A stretch of 64,000 nt of DNA, from the NCBI GenBank assembly GCA_050246755.1, contig JBFWVL010000001.1, positions 288,001 to 352,000 on the forward strand, read 5' to 3'. A program made the translations under genes and the position numbers. Source of the DNA: Bacteriovoracia bacterium. GTDB lineage: Bacteria; Bdellovibrionota; UBA1018; CAIPTA01. Below are positions 10,308 through 19,915 of this stretch, in pieces; the stretch's first letter is position 1, and each line of letters opens with the position of its first letter. Below the pieces are notes generated by a model, which worked only from the letters and a program-made list of their open reading frames with translations, made no database searches and had not been told where the DNA came from.

Positions 10308-11156
10308 ATGTCTAAGAAGTTTTCTCAGCTGCGATGGATTGCAGCATTGGCCCTCGCGATCACCCCCGGAATCGCCTCCGCGGATACCTTCAACCTGAAC
10401 AACCTCACCGCGGGCGATTTCGATAAAATCGTGAAAGAGTTTTCCTCGAACTTTTCTTACTCCTCCCTCACTCCCGCCTCTAGCCTCGGCGGCTTGGGCG
10501 GCTTTGAAGTGGGCGTGATCGGCGGGAAAACTAAATCTCCTGAGCTCCTGAATCTCGTGAAAACGGCCAGCACCAGCGCTAGCTTTAAAGGAGATCTCTA
10601 CCACGGAGGAATCCTCGGCCGCGTGGGACTGCCATTCAATCTAACCGCCGAGCTTCTTCTGTTCCCCAAGAAAAAATTCAAAGATGCTTCGTTCCAGGAA
10701 GCCGGCGGAGCCGTGATGTGGACCCCTACCGACGAATTGCTCAGCTACCTTCCGGTGAATCTTTCGGCTAAAGCTCACTTGCTGAAGACCAAAGTTTCCT
10801 ACAGCCAGAGCGTGACCATTACCGCTCCGACTCCCGGCACGGGCACCGCGAAAGTAAATTTCGACGATACCCTCTACGGGCTTCAGGCCCTCGTTTCCAA
10901 GAAGTTCTTGGTATTCGAGCCATACGCGGGAATTGGTTATATCAAGTCCAAGGGGGAGCTCTCCGTGGATGCGAACGGAACCACCACTCTCTTCTCGGGA
11001 AACTTCGCCTCGAACAACCGCGCCGAGAGCACTCCCACCACCATCCAACTCCTAGCCGGCCTAGATGTTCGCTTAGCGTTTCTTTCGCTAGGTGCCGAAT
11101 ATCAAAAGGCTTTTGGAACTAGCAGCGTATCGGGACGCCTCTCGTTCCGCTTCTAA
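10308..11156 (+). CDS. Outer-membrane beta-barrel protein (DUF6588-like)
   Basis: Signal peptide, TPASSLG..GFEVG, GRVGLPF, alternating beta strands, C-terminal Phe; SD AAGGAG. Confidence 0.65.
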   Translation: MSKKFSQLRWIAALALAITPGIASADTFNLNNLTAGDFDKIVKEFSSNFSYSSLTPASSLGGLGGFEVGVIGGKTKSPELLNLVKTASTSASFKGDLYHGGILGRVGLPFNLTAELLLFPKKKFKDASFQEAGGAVMWTPTDELLSYLPVNLSAKAHLLKTKVSYSQSVTITAPTPGTGTAKVNFDDTLYGLQALVSKKFLVFEPYAGIGYIKSKGELSVDANGTTTLFSGNFASNNRAESTPTTIQLLAGLDVRLAFLSLGAEYQKAFGTSSVSGRLSFRF

Positions 11157-11207
11157 GCTTCCTTTTTTAACGCATATAGTCTATATCAGCGCTCGGGGAG
11201 ATTTCTC

Positions 11208-12284
11208 ATGAAATACCGAGCGCTTTTTTTATTCCTTGTTGCGGCACTAGTTTCCAGCCAGGCCCACGCGGCGAGCGGCGAGTTCTGCGTGCAAACCTTC
11301 AACGTGTACGCCACCGCCTACGCCGGCGGAAAAGCAGCCCGCCTCTCCAAGATCGCCGATTCCCTCACCAACGAACCCTGCGATTCCATTCAATTCCAAG
11401 AGCTCTGGCAAGCCGGGGATTACCGCCGCTTTTCCACAGATTTCTCCCGCGCGCAAATGAGCCTCGTGCAAGCTGATTCGCTTCGCACCGACAAGGCGAT
11501 GATCGGCCTGGTCTCGGCATTTCGCGGCACTACTGCCCGCTCCTATTCGGAAATCTATCTCATCAATAACGAAGATGGAGTGCTCGACTGGTTCCGCGGC
11601 CTCACGGGCGTGCAAAAAGGCCTGAGCGCGATTGAAGCTAAGCTCACGCAAGGACCTACCCTCCTTTTCTTAAATACGCACACGCATCCCACTAACGAAG
11701 CCATCCGCGCGGCCCAGATGATCCAGCTCATCACCCATAACTTAATCCAGTCCCCAAACGCCGCTAATCTTCCCGTGGTCTTCACCGCCGACCTCAACGC
11801 CACTCCAGACAGCCTGGAAATCAGCCTTCTCAAGAACGTGCTGTTGCTCCGCGATGCCTACCTCGACACTCACGAAAACTACGGAGATCTCTGCACCTAC
11901 TGCGAATCCAACCCGCTTTCCTGGGGCGGCGGCGACCGCGTGATCGACTTCACCCTCTTCCGCTCTTCACCCACCGTGACTCTGCGTGCGCTGAAATCCG
12001 AAATTAATTTGAAGGGCAGCGCCGAAGCGCCGCTCAGCGACCACTACGGAGTGCGCAGCCAATTGGCATTCAGCGAGCATGACTCCATTTTGCTGCCGGC
12101 CGATTCGGCGCTCGTGCTCGATCGTAAAGCGGCCGCGATTAAAGCGCTCGTGGCGGCCCGTGAGGTGCTCGTGAAGGCGCAGAAACCAGTCTTCGAGACT
12201 GCGATCACTCAGGTAGATTCTTTGCTCGAAAAATTCCGCACGCGCTTGCCGGAAAGCGCGGAAATGATTTTCCGCACCCCTTAG
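11208..12284 (+). CDS. Secreted endonuclease/exonuclease/phosphatase family hydrolase (sphingomyelinase-like)
   Basis: Signal peptide; TFNV, QELW, NTH, ADLN, IDF, SDHYGV. Confidence 0.85.
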   Translation: MKYRALFLFLVAALVSSQAHAASGEFCVQTFNVYATAYAGGKAARLSKIADSLTNEPCDSIQFQELWQAGDYRRFSTDFSRAQMSLVQADSLRTDKAMIGLVSAFRGTTARSYSEIYLINNEDGVLDWFRGLTGVQKGLSAIEAKLTQGPTLLFLNTHTHPTNEAIRAAQMIQLITHNLIQSPNAANLPVVFTADLNATPDSLEISLLKNVLLLRDAYLDTHENYGDLCTYCESNPLSWGGGDRVIDFTLFRSSPTVTLRALKSEINLKGSAEAPLSDHYGVRSQLAFSEHDSILLPADSALVLDRKAAAIKALVAAREVLVKAQKPVFETAITQVDSLLEKFRTRLPESAEMIFRTP

Positions 12285-14458
12285 GGCAGATTCACGATGC
12301 GCCGTTTATCGCCTACCACCCAGAGAAGGTCTCCGGCCTCGAGCACCAAAGAAGAATCCGGATTAAGAATGCGCTTTCCTCCGCGCTCGATTCCCACGAT
12401 CAGCCCCTGAATCTTTTCCCGCAGCCCACAATCGCGGATGGTCTTATTGGTGAAGGGTGAAGTGGCCGGCAGAATCATTTTCTCCAGCCCGTAAGGGCCC
12501 ACCTTTTCGGACTCATCGGGGCTCGTCTCCACTACCGCCCGGAGATTGGCCAGCTGCTCATCGGTGCCGATCACGAAAATGCGGTCGTGAGGCAGTAAGA
12601 TATCGTTACGCCCCGGGGCCAGGATCGAACGATTGCCCCGTTGGATCATGCCGAGGGTCACGCCAAAAGTTTCGCGCATTTTAACGTGTTCGAGGGTTTT
12701 CGCTACGAGCTCGGAATTGGGCGCCACCACGAATTCGGCGAGCACTGCGTCCCAGGGCGCCAACACGGGCCGTTCGGGTTCATCGCTTTGCCGCAAGTTC
12801 GCCATGAAGCGGTCTTCCACGGCACCATAGAGCCCCTTGGCGAACCTTCGCCATAGTAAAAGCGCCACGAAGGACACGACCGTAATACCCGCCACCTGCG
12901 CCGGGCGATGAACGAAGCGGCTCACGCTGAACACGATCAACCCGAGGCCGATCAGCACGCGCAGCACATAAAGCCCACCGCCAATGCCCTTGAGCCTCTC
13001 CGAATCGCTCGCTCGCGCTGGCCGCCCCAAGATAACCGCCCAGAGGAAGGGGGCCGACACTAAGAGGACGATGAAGGCCACCAAAACCGGAACCCAGGCG
13101 CGCGCGTCGGCCGCGGCCTCCCGCGAGAATAACTCCGATGCGCCGAGCGCGATCGCCAGCACCACCACGGAATTAAGGAATAATTTTATGCCGTAATTTT
13201 TCCAGAGCAGGCCGAAGAGGCTTTCGCTATCGCGGGCCATCGAGCTTTGGTAGCGTAATAATCCCAATTTAAATCTCTCCGGAAGCCAGGCGGTGATACG
13301 CTCGGCGGCGGGCCCGGAAAACTTAATCAAGTAAGGCGTGGTAAATGTAGTAAGCGCCGAAACGGAAACGGCGATGGGATAAAGAAAATCCCCCGTTACT
13401 TTTAGGGAAAGCCCAAGAGTGGCGATGATGAACGAAAACTCCCCGATTTGCGCCAAGCTCATGCCCGCCTGCACCGAGGTTTTCAGCGGCTCTCCCGAGA
13501 GCAGCGCCCCGGCGGCCGTGCTGAATAGCTTGCCGACAATCGTAACGAAGGAAAGCAAAAGAATGGTGCCGAAATACTCGGACAGGACCGCGGGATCGAT
13601 CAGCATCCCCACCGAAACGAAAAAAACCGCGCCGAATAAATCCCGCACGGGGGAAAGCAGGTGCTCGATTCTCTTCACCTCGGAAGTCTCCGCCAGGATC
13701 GAACCCATTACGAAAGCACCGAGCGCGGGAGAGAAACCCGCCTCGGTAGCGAGCAGTACCATGGAAAGACAAAGGCCGAGCGAAACGATGAGCGTGGTTT
13801 CATCGGAGAGATGACGCCGGATTTTGGTGATGAAGATCGGCACGGCGTAGATTCCCACCACGAACCAAACGGCGAGGAAAAACCCTAACCTCAACCCAGA
13901 AAGCGCGAGGGCCGTTCCGGAAAGAGATTTCGTGACCGCGATGGTGGAGAGCAACACGAGCAAGAGGATGGCCACGAGATCTTCCACGATGAGCACGCCG
14001 AACACGAGCGAAACGAAACGCCGCCCCCGCAACCCCAGCTCGCTAAACGCCCGCACGATGATGGTGGTGGAAGATACGGAAAGGATTCCCCCGAGAAAGA
14101 GGCTGTCCATTTCGGAAAAACCCAAGGCCCGCCCGGTAGCGAAGCCGAGCGCGAGCATGAATACCACCTCGAACACGGCGGTAATCGAGGCGCTGCGGCC
14201 CACTTGCGCGAGCTTCTTGAAGCTGAATTCCAATCCGAGGCCGAAGAGCAGAAAGATCACGCCGATTTCCGCCCATACCTTCACGCTCTCCGTATCGCTC
14301 ACGGTGGGCAGGAACGGAACGTGAGGGCTCACCAAAAAACCGGCAATGAGGTAGCCAAGCACGACTGGCTGCCGCAGGAATTTGCATACCAACGTGACCA
14401 ACCCAGCTACGGCCAGGATGAAGCAAAGGTCCTTGATAATCTCCGGGAGATGAATCAC
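12281..14458 (-). CDS. CPA2 cation:proton antiporter with two C-terminal TrkA-C domains
   Basis: AEIGVIFLLFGLGLE, SSTTII, LIVED, QIGEFSFII; two RCK_C repeats. Confidence 0.93.
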   Translation of the reverse strand: MIHLPEIIKDLCFILAVAGLVTLVCKFLRQPVVLGYLIAGFLVSPHVPFLPTVSDTESVKVWAEIGVIFLLFGLGLEFSFKKLAQVGRSASITAVFEVVFMLALGFATGRALGFSEMDSLFLGGILSVSSTTIIVRAFSELGLRGRRFVSLVFGVLIVEDLVAILLLVLLSTIAVTKSLSGTALALSGLRLGFFLAVWFVVGIYAVPIFITKIRRHLSDETTLIVSLGLCLSMVLLATEAGFSPALGAFVMGSILAETSEVKRIEHLLSPVRDLFGAVFFVSVGMLIDPAVLSEYFGTILLLSFVTIVGKLFSTAAGALLSGEPLKTSVQAGMSLAQIGEFSFIIATLGLSLKVTGDFLYPIAVSVSALTTFTTPYLIKFSGPAAERITAWLPERFKLGLLRYQSSMARDSESLFGLLWKNYGIKLFLNSVVVLAIALGASELFSREAAADARAWVPVLVAFIVLLVSAPFLWAVILGRPARASDSERLKGIGGGLYVLRVLIGLGLIVFSVSRFVHRPAQVAGITVVSFVALLLWRRFAKGLYGAVEDRFMANLRQSDEPERPVLAPWDAVLAEFVVAPNSELVAKTLEHVKMRETFGVTLGMIQRGNRSILAPGRNDILLPHDRIFVIGTDEQLANLRAVVETSPDESEKVGPYGLEKMILPATSPFTNKTIRDCGLREKIQGLIVGIERGGKRILNPDSSLVLEAGDLLWVVGDKRRIVNLP

Positions 14459-15396
14459 GTTTTACTCATCTTTTTCCTTGCGTCGGCGAAGGCTTCCCGC
14501 AGCGAATAGATTTTCACTCCGTGGGAGCGCGCCACTTCGGGAGTGAGCCCCGCCGTGAGTGGACGCCGCGCCACTTGCCCCAGCTCTTTTGTCTTCAGAA
14601 ACTGGAATCCTACCAGGCTCTTTTCCCGGTCGAAGCCGAACTCTTCGATCACGCGCTCCACTAGCTCACGCCGCGAAACCGAATCCGAACCCACGATATT
14701 GATCACGCCACTCACGTCTTTTTCCCGCAGGAGCAGGCAGCCCTCGCCTAGCGAACTCGCGTAGGTGGGGGTGGAAATTTGGTCTTCGGGAATCTTGAAA
14801 ACATTCGTTTTCCCTTCGCGAATTCCCTCGAGGTGCCGGATATACTGCATGAGGAAATTCATCCCGGCGGGGTCCCAGCAGAATACCATGGTGGTGCGCA
14901 CCACGAGGGCTTTCGGCAGCGCTTGCAGCACCTTCCGCTCGGCTTCGAGCTTGCACTGGCCGTACCAGGAGGTGGGAAATGGCTGATCCAGCTCGGAGAA
15001 AGGCCCGACCTCGCCTCCCTCGTACTCGGCGCCGCCGAAAACATACTCGGTGGAGAAAAAGGTAAGACCATAACCTCGCTTCGCGCATTCCTCCGCCACG
15101 ATGGCGGGGCCGTCACGGTTGATGCGCGCGCAGAGATCACGTTCGGCCTCGCAGCGGTCCACGTGGGTCATCGCGCCCGGAAGAAACACTTCTACCTTCC
15201 CGTCGGGAAATTTCTTTTCCAGCTCCGCAAAAAAATTCCGTATGCTCGCGGCGTCGGCGAGATCAAGCGGGACGGAGCCGGGCTTACCACTCGAGCTCGA
15301 TAGTACCGGAGAAATACCCCGTGCTTTTAGTGCTTCCAAAATGCAGCGGGCCACTTGCCCGCTCGCGCCGATCACGGCCGTATTTTTCAATTTCAT
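14455..15396 (-). CDS. RmlD-like extended SDR (dTDP-4-dehydrorhamnose reductase family)
   Basis: GASGQV, THVDRCE, STEYVF, YGQCK, DQISTPT; ATGA overlap with the upstream gene. Confidence 0.85.
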   Translation of the reverse strand: MKLKNTAVIGASGQVARCILEALKARGISPVLSSSSGKPGSVPLDLADAASIRNFFAELEKKFPDGKVEVFLPGAMTHVDRCEAERDLCARINRDGPAIVAEECAKRGYGLTFFSTEYVFGGAEYEGGEVGPFSELDQPFPTSWYGQCKLEAERKVLQALPKALVVRTTMVFCWDPAGMNFLMQYIRHLEGIREGKTNVFKIPEDQISTPTYASSLGEGCLLLREKDVSGVINIVGSDSVSRRELVERVIEEFGFDREKSLVGFQFLKTKELGQVARRPLTAGLTPEVARSHGVKIYSLREAFADARKKMSKT

Positions 15397-16022
15397 TTTT
15401 TGTTTACCAGCGAAACCGCCGTCCATAGATTAAACATATTCACCTTTTGCACGCGCTTAACTTTGAGTCCCACGGAATCCAGGAGGGGCTTCATTTCCAA
15501 ATTGGATTTGAATCCCAAAAATCCCTGCGCGAGGGGGTTGAACGCGGTCTCGAAAGCGGCGAGCACGGGATTCTCGCTCTTAAAATGGTTCATGAGCACG
15601 AGCGTTCCGTGCGGCTTGCACACGCGCTTCATCTCGAGCAAAGCTTCTCGCGGAAACGAGGTCGCGCTAATGAATAAATTACCGAGCACGGAGTCAAAAG
15701 AATTATCGGGAAACTCCAGATTGGTCGCGTCCATTTCTTTCACTGTGGCGTTCCGGAGCTTTTTCTTCGCGATCAGTTCTTTGGCCTCTTTTAGCATGGA
15801 AGAAGAAAGATCTACCCCCACCACCTTGCAGTGATGCGGATAAATGGGAAGGGTCAGGCCCGTGCCTACTCCTACCTCCAGCACCTTTGCTCCAGGCTTG
15901 ATCTCCAGAAAATCCACGGCCGCCTCGCGGCCTTCCTGAAAAAGCAGTTTTCCGAAAATATAATTATAGAAAGGCCCGAATTTCTCGTAAGCCCGCTCCA
16001 CAATTCTTTGCTGTTTGGCCAT
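15393..16022 (-). CDS. Phosphatidylethanolamine N-methyltransferase-like SAM methyltransferase (Rhodobacter PmtA type)
   Basis: Y..FG, LEVGVGTGL, MDATNLEFPDNSFD, EMKRVCKP, NHF. Confidence 0.75.
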   Translation of the reverse strand: MAKQQRIVERAYEKFGPFYNYIFGKLLFQEGREAAVDFLEIKPGAKVLEVGVGTGLTLPIYPHHCKVVGVDLSSSMLKEAKELIAKKKLRNATVKEMDATNLEFPDNSFDSVLGNLFISATSFPREALLEMKRVCKPHGTLVLMNHFKSENPVLAAFETAFNPLAQGFLGFKSNLEMKPLLDSVGLKVKRVQKVNMFNLWTAVSLVNKK

Positions 16023-16112
16023 AAAACCGCCCTTTAGTAGTCGGGAAACTTTATTGCCCACATCCACGGTGATCAAGTGGAAAGATCTCGCCTTTTGGGG
16101 CAGACTCTTTCC

Positions 16113-17849
16113 ATGCTTTTGGCACTCTTTTTTCTTCTAACACAGAGCGCAGTTGCCGCAGAATGCCAGCCACTCTCCGCCACTGCCGACGCGCGCCTCT
16201 ACCAATGCGAAAGCCTGCACGTTCTCTACCTGAAGGGTAATCCTCTCACGCGGGCCGCCGCACTTGGCACGTTGGTGAAATCGGGCGCTCTTTCTCCCGA
16301 CGTACTAAATTATTTTTCCGGAAAAGTAACCGATACGCTGCGCCACCAGAGTGGTTTTCTCGCGGCCGTGGCGGAGCCTTTTTATAATCAAATTGTGCGC
16401 CTCCTTCACCGGGAAACGCCTCCCGGAATTTCCGAGGAAATCGACAGCATGGCTCAGGGAATGGGCATCGAGCCCATCGACCTGAAGCGCGCGATCAGCT
16501 TGCCCGACGTGGCCGCCCTTACCAACGTGGTGGGCAGTATTCCTCTCTTCCGTCCTTTACCCGCCGCGGGCTGCACCAGCGTGGCCTGGAAAAGCGCCGA
16601 GGGTGGCCTCTTCTACGGGCGCAATTTGGATTTCGCGAGCACCGGCGTTTGGGATCGCCACCCCATGCTCACGGTGATTCTCCCCGAAAGCGATGCCGAG
16701 CAAAAGCATATCGTGTTTGGGGCCGATGGCCTGATTTACGGGGGAATCACGGGCGTGAACGAATCCGGCATTGGATTCGCCGTTCACCAGAATTATACGA
16801 GTGCCGGCGGCCTGCGGGGCGTGCCCATGGTTTTCATCGGGGAGCTCGTGCTGCGGCAAGCGAAAAGCATCGAGCAAGCACTAAACATCCTGAAGGCGAA
16901 CCGCCCCCCCGTGCTTTGGACCTTCGTGCTCACCAACTTCGCTACCGGCGAAGCCGTTGCCGTAGAATCCTCTCCCACCCGCTTCGCCGTGCGCGGCATG
17001 GAAGCCAATTCGCTGGTGCAGACCAACCACGTGATGGACGCAGAGGCGAAGACCGACGAGTTTATTTCGCTGGGCATTAAAATGAATTCTATTTATCGAA
17101 TGAAGCGCGCTTTCGAGCTGCTCGAGGCCAAACCTCGGAACGAAAGCCCCGCCGTCACGATCGCCGGCATCCTCGCCTACCAGGAAAATCCCGAGGGAAG
17201 GATCACCGCCTACCACGATGTGCTCAAGGCCCATACCATCCAAACCATTCTCCTCGAATCGGTTCCGGGCCAGGCGCGCCGCGCCTACGTGAGCATCGAC
17301 CCCGCGCCCACCGCCGGCGGCCGGATGGCGGCGTTCACCCTCGAAAATTTATGGAACGAGCAGATCCCTCCGGCGTTCGAGCTCGTGGATTTCGTAAAAA
17401 CCCCGCCCGAAAAACGTGCCCGCCAGCGGCAGATCTCGGACGCCTTCGCCCTTTATTTCGATAAGCTCGCGCTCAGCGAAGCATCGGCCCTGCTCACCGG
17501 CCACGATACCCTCGACTCGGCCTACTTCACCGCCGTCACGCTCACGCAGCGCGGCCTCTGGCAGGAAAGCCTTCTCACTGCCGAACAGGCCTTGCAGAAT
17601 CCCCGCTTCCTCGGAGAGCCCGCCTATATCCGCCAGAACCTCGCCTGGATTCGCGCCGCCGCGCTCTTGGAGCTAGGCCGAAAAAAGGAAGCGGTGGCCG
17701 CCGCCGAATCCATCCTGGCCGAGAAACCGGAAAACGTGCGGCTCCGCGATTTTTCTGATCAACTCAGCCGAGGGCAAACTCCGCCAAAATACATGCGTCG
17801 TTTTTCCTTCGACTTTTTCTCGGGAGACCTACATGGAAGGGCAAATTAG
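16113..17849 (+). CDS. Secreted peptidase C45/Ntn hydrolase with TPR-like C-terminus
   Basis: Autocleavage motif GCTS, YGRNLDF, TGVNESG, TNH; helical C-terminal repeats; start uncertain (16077 or 16113). Confidence 0.8.
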   Translation: MLLALFFLLTQSAVAAECQPLSATADARLYQCESLHVLYLKGNPLTRAAALGTLVKSGALSPDVLNYFSGKVTDTLRHQSGFLAAVAEPFYNQIVRLLHRETPPGISEEIDSMAQGMGIEPIDLKRAISLPDVAALTNVVGSIPLFRPLPAAGCTSVAWKSAEGGLFYGRNLDFASTGVWDRHPMLTVILPESDAEQKHIVFGADGLIYGGITGVNESGIGFAVHQNYTSAGGLRGVPMVFIGELVLRQAKSIEQALNILKANRPPVLWTFVLTNFATGEAVAVESSPTRFAVRGMEANSLVQTNHVMDAEAKTDEFISLGIKMNSIYRMKRAFELLEAKPRNESPAVTIAGILAYQENPEGRITAYHDVLKAHTIQTILLESVPGQARRAYVSIDPAPTAGGRMAAFTLENLWNEQIPPAFELVDFVKTPPEKRARQRQISDAFALYFDKLALSEASALLTGHDTLDSAYFTAVTLTQRGLWQESLLTAEQALQNPRFLGEPAYIRQNLAWIRAAALLELGRKKEAVAAAESILAEKPENVRLRDFSDQLSRGQTPPKYMRRFSFDFFSGDLHGRAN

Positions 17850-18204
17850 TTCTGGCAGTGGAAAAGTCTCCACCGCAAATTTCCAGCTCAAGCACCTCAG
17901 CACTACCGAGAAAAGGCGTCTTGCCTTTAAAGCTCTCGGCTTCTTCTGGATTCTTTCTCTCGCCTCGGCGCCCCTTCCGCCCATCCACTGGGTGACGGTC
18001 CCCTTTTTCTTTTTCTTCGGCATTTACCAATTTTTCAAAAAAATGCGGGAGCCTACCCACCTCGAAGCCTTTACCGCCAAGTGCCCCGAATGCCTCCAGG
18101 AAGTTGCGATTAAGTCGCAAGTAGCCGAAAACCCTCTGTCTTTTGCCTGCCCCCATTGCCGCTACGGTTTACGCCTGGAATGGGACGAGCCAAAGGCCAT
18201 TTAA
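17833..18204 (+). CDS. Small membrane protein with C-terminal zinc ribbon
   Basis: Two hydrophobic segments, then CPEC-x14-CPHC. Confidence 0.65.
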   Translation: MEGQISSGSGKVSTANFQLKHLSTTEKRRLAFKALGFFWILSLASAPLPPIHWVTVPFFFFFGIYQFFKKMREPTHLEAFTAKCPECLQEVAIKSQVAENPLSFACPHCRYGLRLEWDEPKAI

Positions 18205-18254
18205 ATTTTCGGCACGTAGATTACCGCACCCCGCCGTGATAGGGTGCGCGCACA

Positions 18255-18992
18255 ATGCCGCCAATACTCGCCGCCTTAGCCCACTTTCTCGTCGTATTCG
18301 CCGTAGGCCTTTTCCCTCTCACCTGGAAGCTCCAAGGTGATATCTACGACCTCTTCCTCTCGTTCGGTGCCGGCGTGCTTCTCTCGGCCGCTTTCCTGCA
18401 CATGCTTCCCGAAGCCACCCTCGAGATCGGCCCCTCCGTGGGCGTATTCATGCTTGCCGGCTACGTGCTCATGACCGTGCTCGAGCGCTTCACCATGGCC
18501 CACCCCTGCATGGAGGACGACCACTGCCACAATCCCGATCACCGCCTCGGCCTCGTGGCTTTCTTTGGCCTCTCGGTTCACAGCGTGATCTCCGGAATGG
18601 CCCTCGGCGTGGGCTTGATGGGCGCCGCCGATATCTCTGTTTCGATCGCCCTCTTGGCCGCCATCCTCGTGCACAAAGTTCCCGAAACCCTCGCCCTCAT
18701 GGCGCTGCTCGCGGCCTCGGGTTGGAGTCGGAAAAAAATGGCCTTCACCCTCGTCTGCTTTTCCGCGATGGGCCCCTCCGGCATCCTGACCGGCGCCTTC
18801 CTGAATTTTCAGTCGCCTCGTTTCATGGGCGCCGCCCTCGCCATTTCCGCGGGAACCTTTCTTTATATTGCCTCCGGCGATCTCCTCCCCCATTTACACA
18901 CGAAGATGAAGCAAAAGTGGGTGAACTTCGTGGCCTTCCTCGTGGGCCTGCTCGCGCTTTCCTTCGAGGCCTGGCATCACCTGATGGGCTAA
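18255..18992 (+). CDS. ZIP family metal transporter
   Basis: GAGVLL..AFLHMLPEA, His-rich loop, HSVISG, HKVPE, AGTFLYI. Confidence 0.93.
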   Translation: MPPILAALAHFLVVFAVGLFPLTWKLQGDIYDLFLSFGAGVLLSAAFLHMLPEATLEIGPSVGVFMLAGYVLMTVLERFTMAHPCMEDDHCHNPDHRLGLVAFFGLSVHSVISGMALGVGLMGAADISVSIALLAAILVHKVPETLALMALLAASGWSRKKMAFTLVCFSAMGPSGILTGAFLNFQSPRFMGAALAISAGTFLYIASGDLLPHLHTKMKQKWVNFVAFLVGLLALSFEAWHHLMG

Positions 18993-19598
18993 GGCGAAAG
19001 CCCGGACCCATTTCGCGCCCGCCTTCCTCAATACGTAGCCCGAAAGATCCAGCGTGGTTCCGCTCGTAAGCACGTCGTCCAGCACCAAAATTTTTTTGCC
19101 CCGGATTTTCTCCGGCTTTCCCGCGATCGAAACAAAGCAGTGCGTGTCCACGCGACGGGAAAAATTTCGGCCGTGCTGGGCGCGGCCTTTTTCTTTCGCT
19201 AAGAAACCGGGTAAAAATTCAGCTCCCAGCAACTGCGCAGTTCCTTCACCGACCAATGCCAAACCAGAAGGCCCGTCCTGCGCCCTCTGCGGGGCCGTGA
19301 TTACCATCTCGATGCCCTCCTTTCGCCAGTCCTTCAACTGCGGAGCTCTCTCCAGAAAGCTCAATAAAAACCTACTGGCGTAGTGCGGAGCGGCCTTCCT
19401 CAATCCATGAAAAAGCGGCGGCACGGAGTCACTAAAATTCAGAAGGTACTCCTCTTCTGCCGTTAAAGCCCTCCGCACGCCTTTTCGGCAGGCGAAACAG
19501 AAATTTTGCCCCTCGCGCAATGTCTTACCGCAGCCCAAGCAAAGCGGGGAAAAAAGCAGTTTCTGGACGATAGGAAAGACGTTATAGTTCGTGGACAT
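18894..19598 (-). CDS. ComF-like phosphoribosyltransferase-fold protein
   Basis: CLGC/CFAC zinc ribbon and ILVLDDVLTSGTT PRT motif; start uncertain. Confidence 0.78.
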   Translation of the reverse strand: MSTNYNVFPIVQKLLFSPLCLGCGKTLREGQNFCFACRKGVRRALTAEEEYLLNFSDSVPPLFHGLRKAAPHYASRFLLSFLERAPQLKDWRKEGIEMVITAPQRAQDGPSGLALVGEGTAQLLGAEFLPGFLAKEKGRAQHGRNFSRRVDTHCFVSIAGKPEKIRGKKILVLDDVLTSGTTLDLSGYVLRKAGAKWVRAFALAHQVMPGLEGKREQAHEEGHEVHPLLLHLRV

Positions 19599-19869
19599 GC
19601 CGAAGACTTCTTTGCCAAATGAAAGCCAGTTTCCCGTTCTGGAAACCAGCGAAACTCCTCAGGAGACGGTAAGCCAAGTCTCGTTTCTGGCCAGGCTAGC
19701 GCCGAAATTCGTACGCGAAGTGCGGGATGTTTTTAAGCGCGAGGGCATGCGTGGGGCCGTAAAACGCTATGGCTGGAAACTCTTCGCGGCCTTCTTCGTG
19801 TACTATCTCATTCGCGATTCGATCATCTATCTCTTGATCCCCTACTTGATCGCGCAAAGGATGATGTAG
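19597..19869 (+). CDS. Small hypothetical membrane protein
   Basis: KRYGWKLFAAFFVYYLIRD followed by a hydrophobic C-terminus; start uncertain. Confidence 0.6.
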   Translation: MPKTSLPNESQFPVLETSETPQETVSQVSFLARLAPKFVREVRDVFKREGMRGAVKRYGWKLFAAFFVYYLIRDSIIYLLIPYLIAQRMM

Positions 19870-19915
19870 GGAAATCGGTTGGCGGTGGGCCGTTTGCGGT
19901 TGGCTGTTAGGGTGC

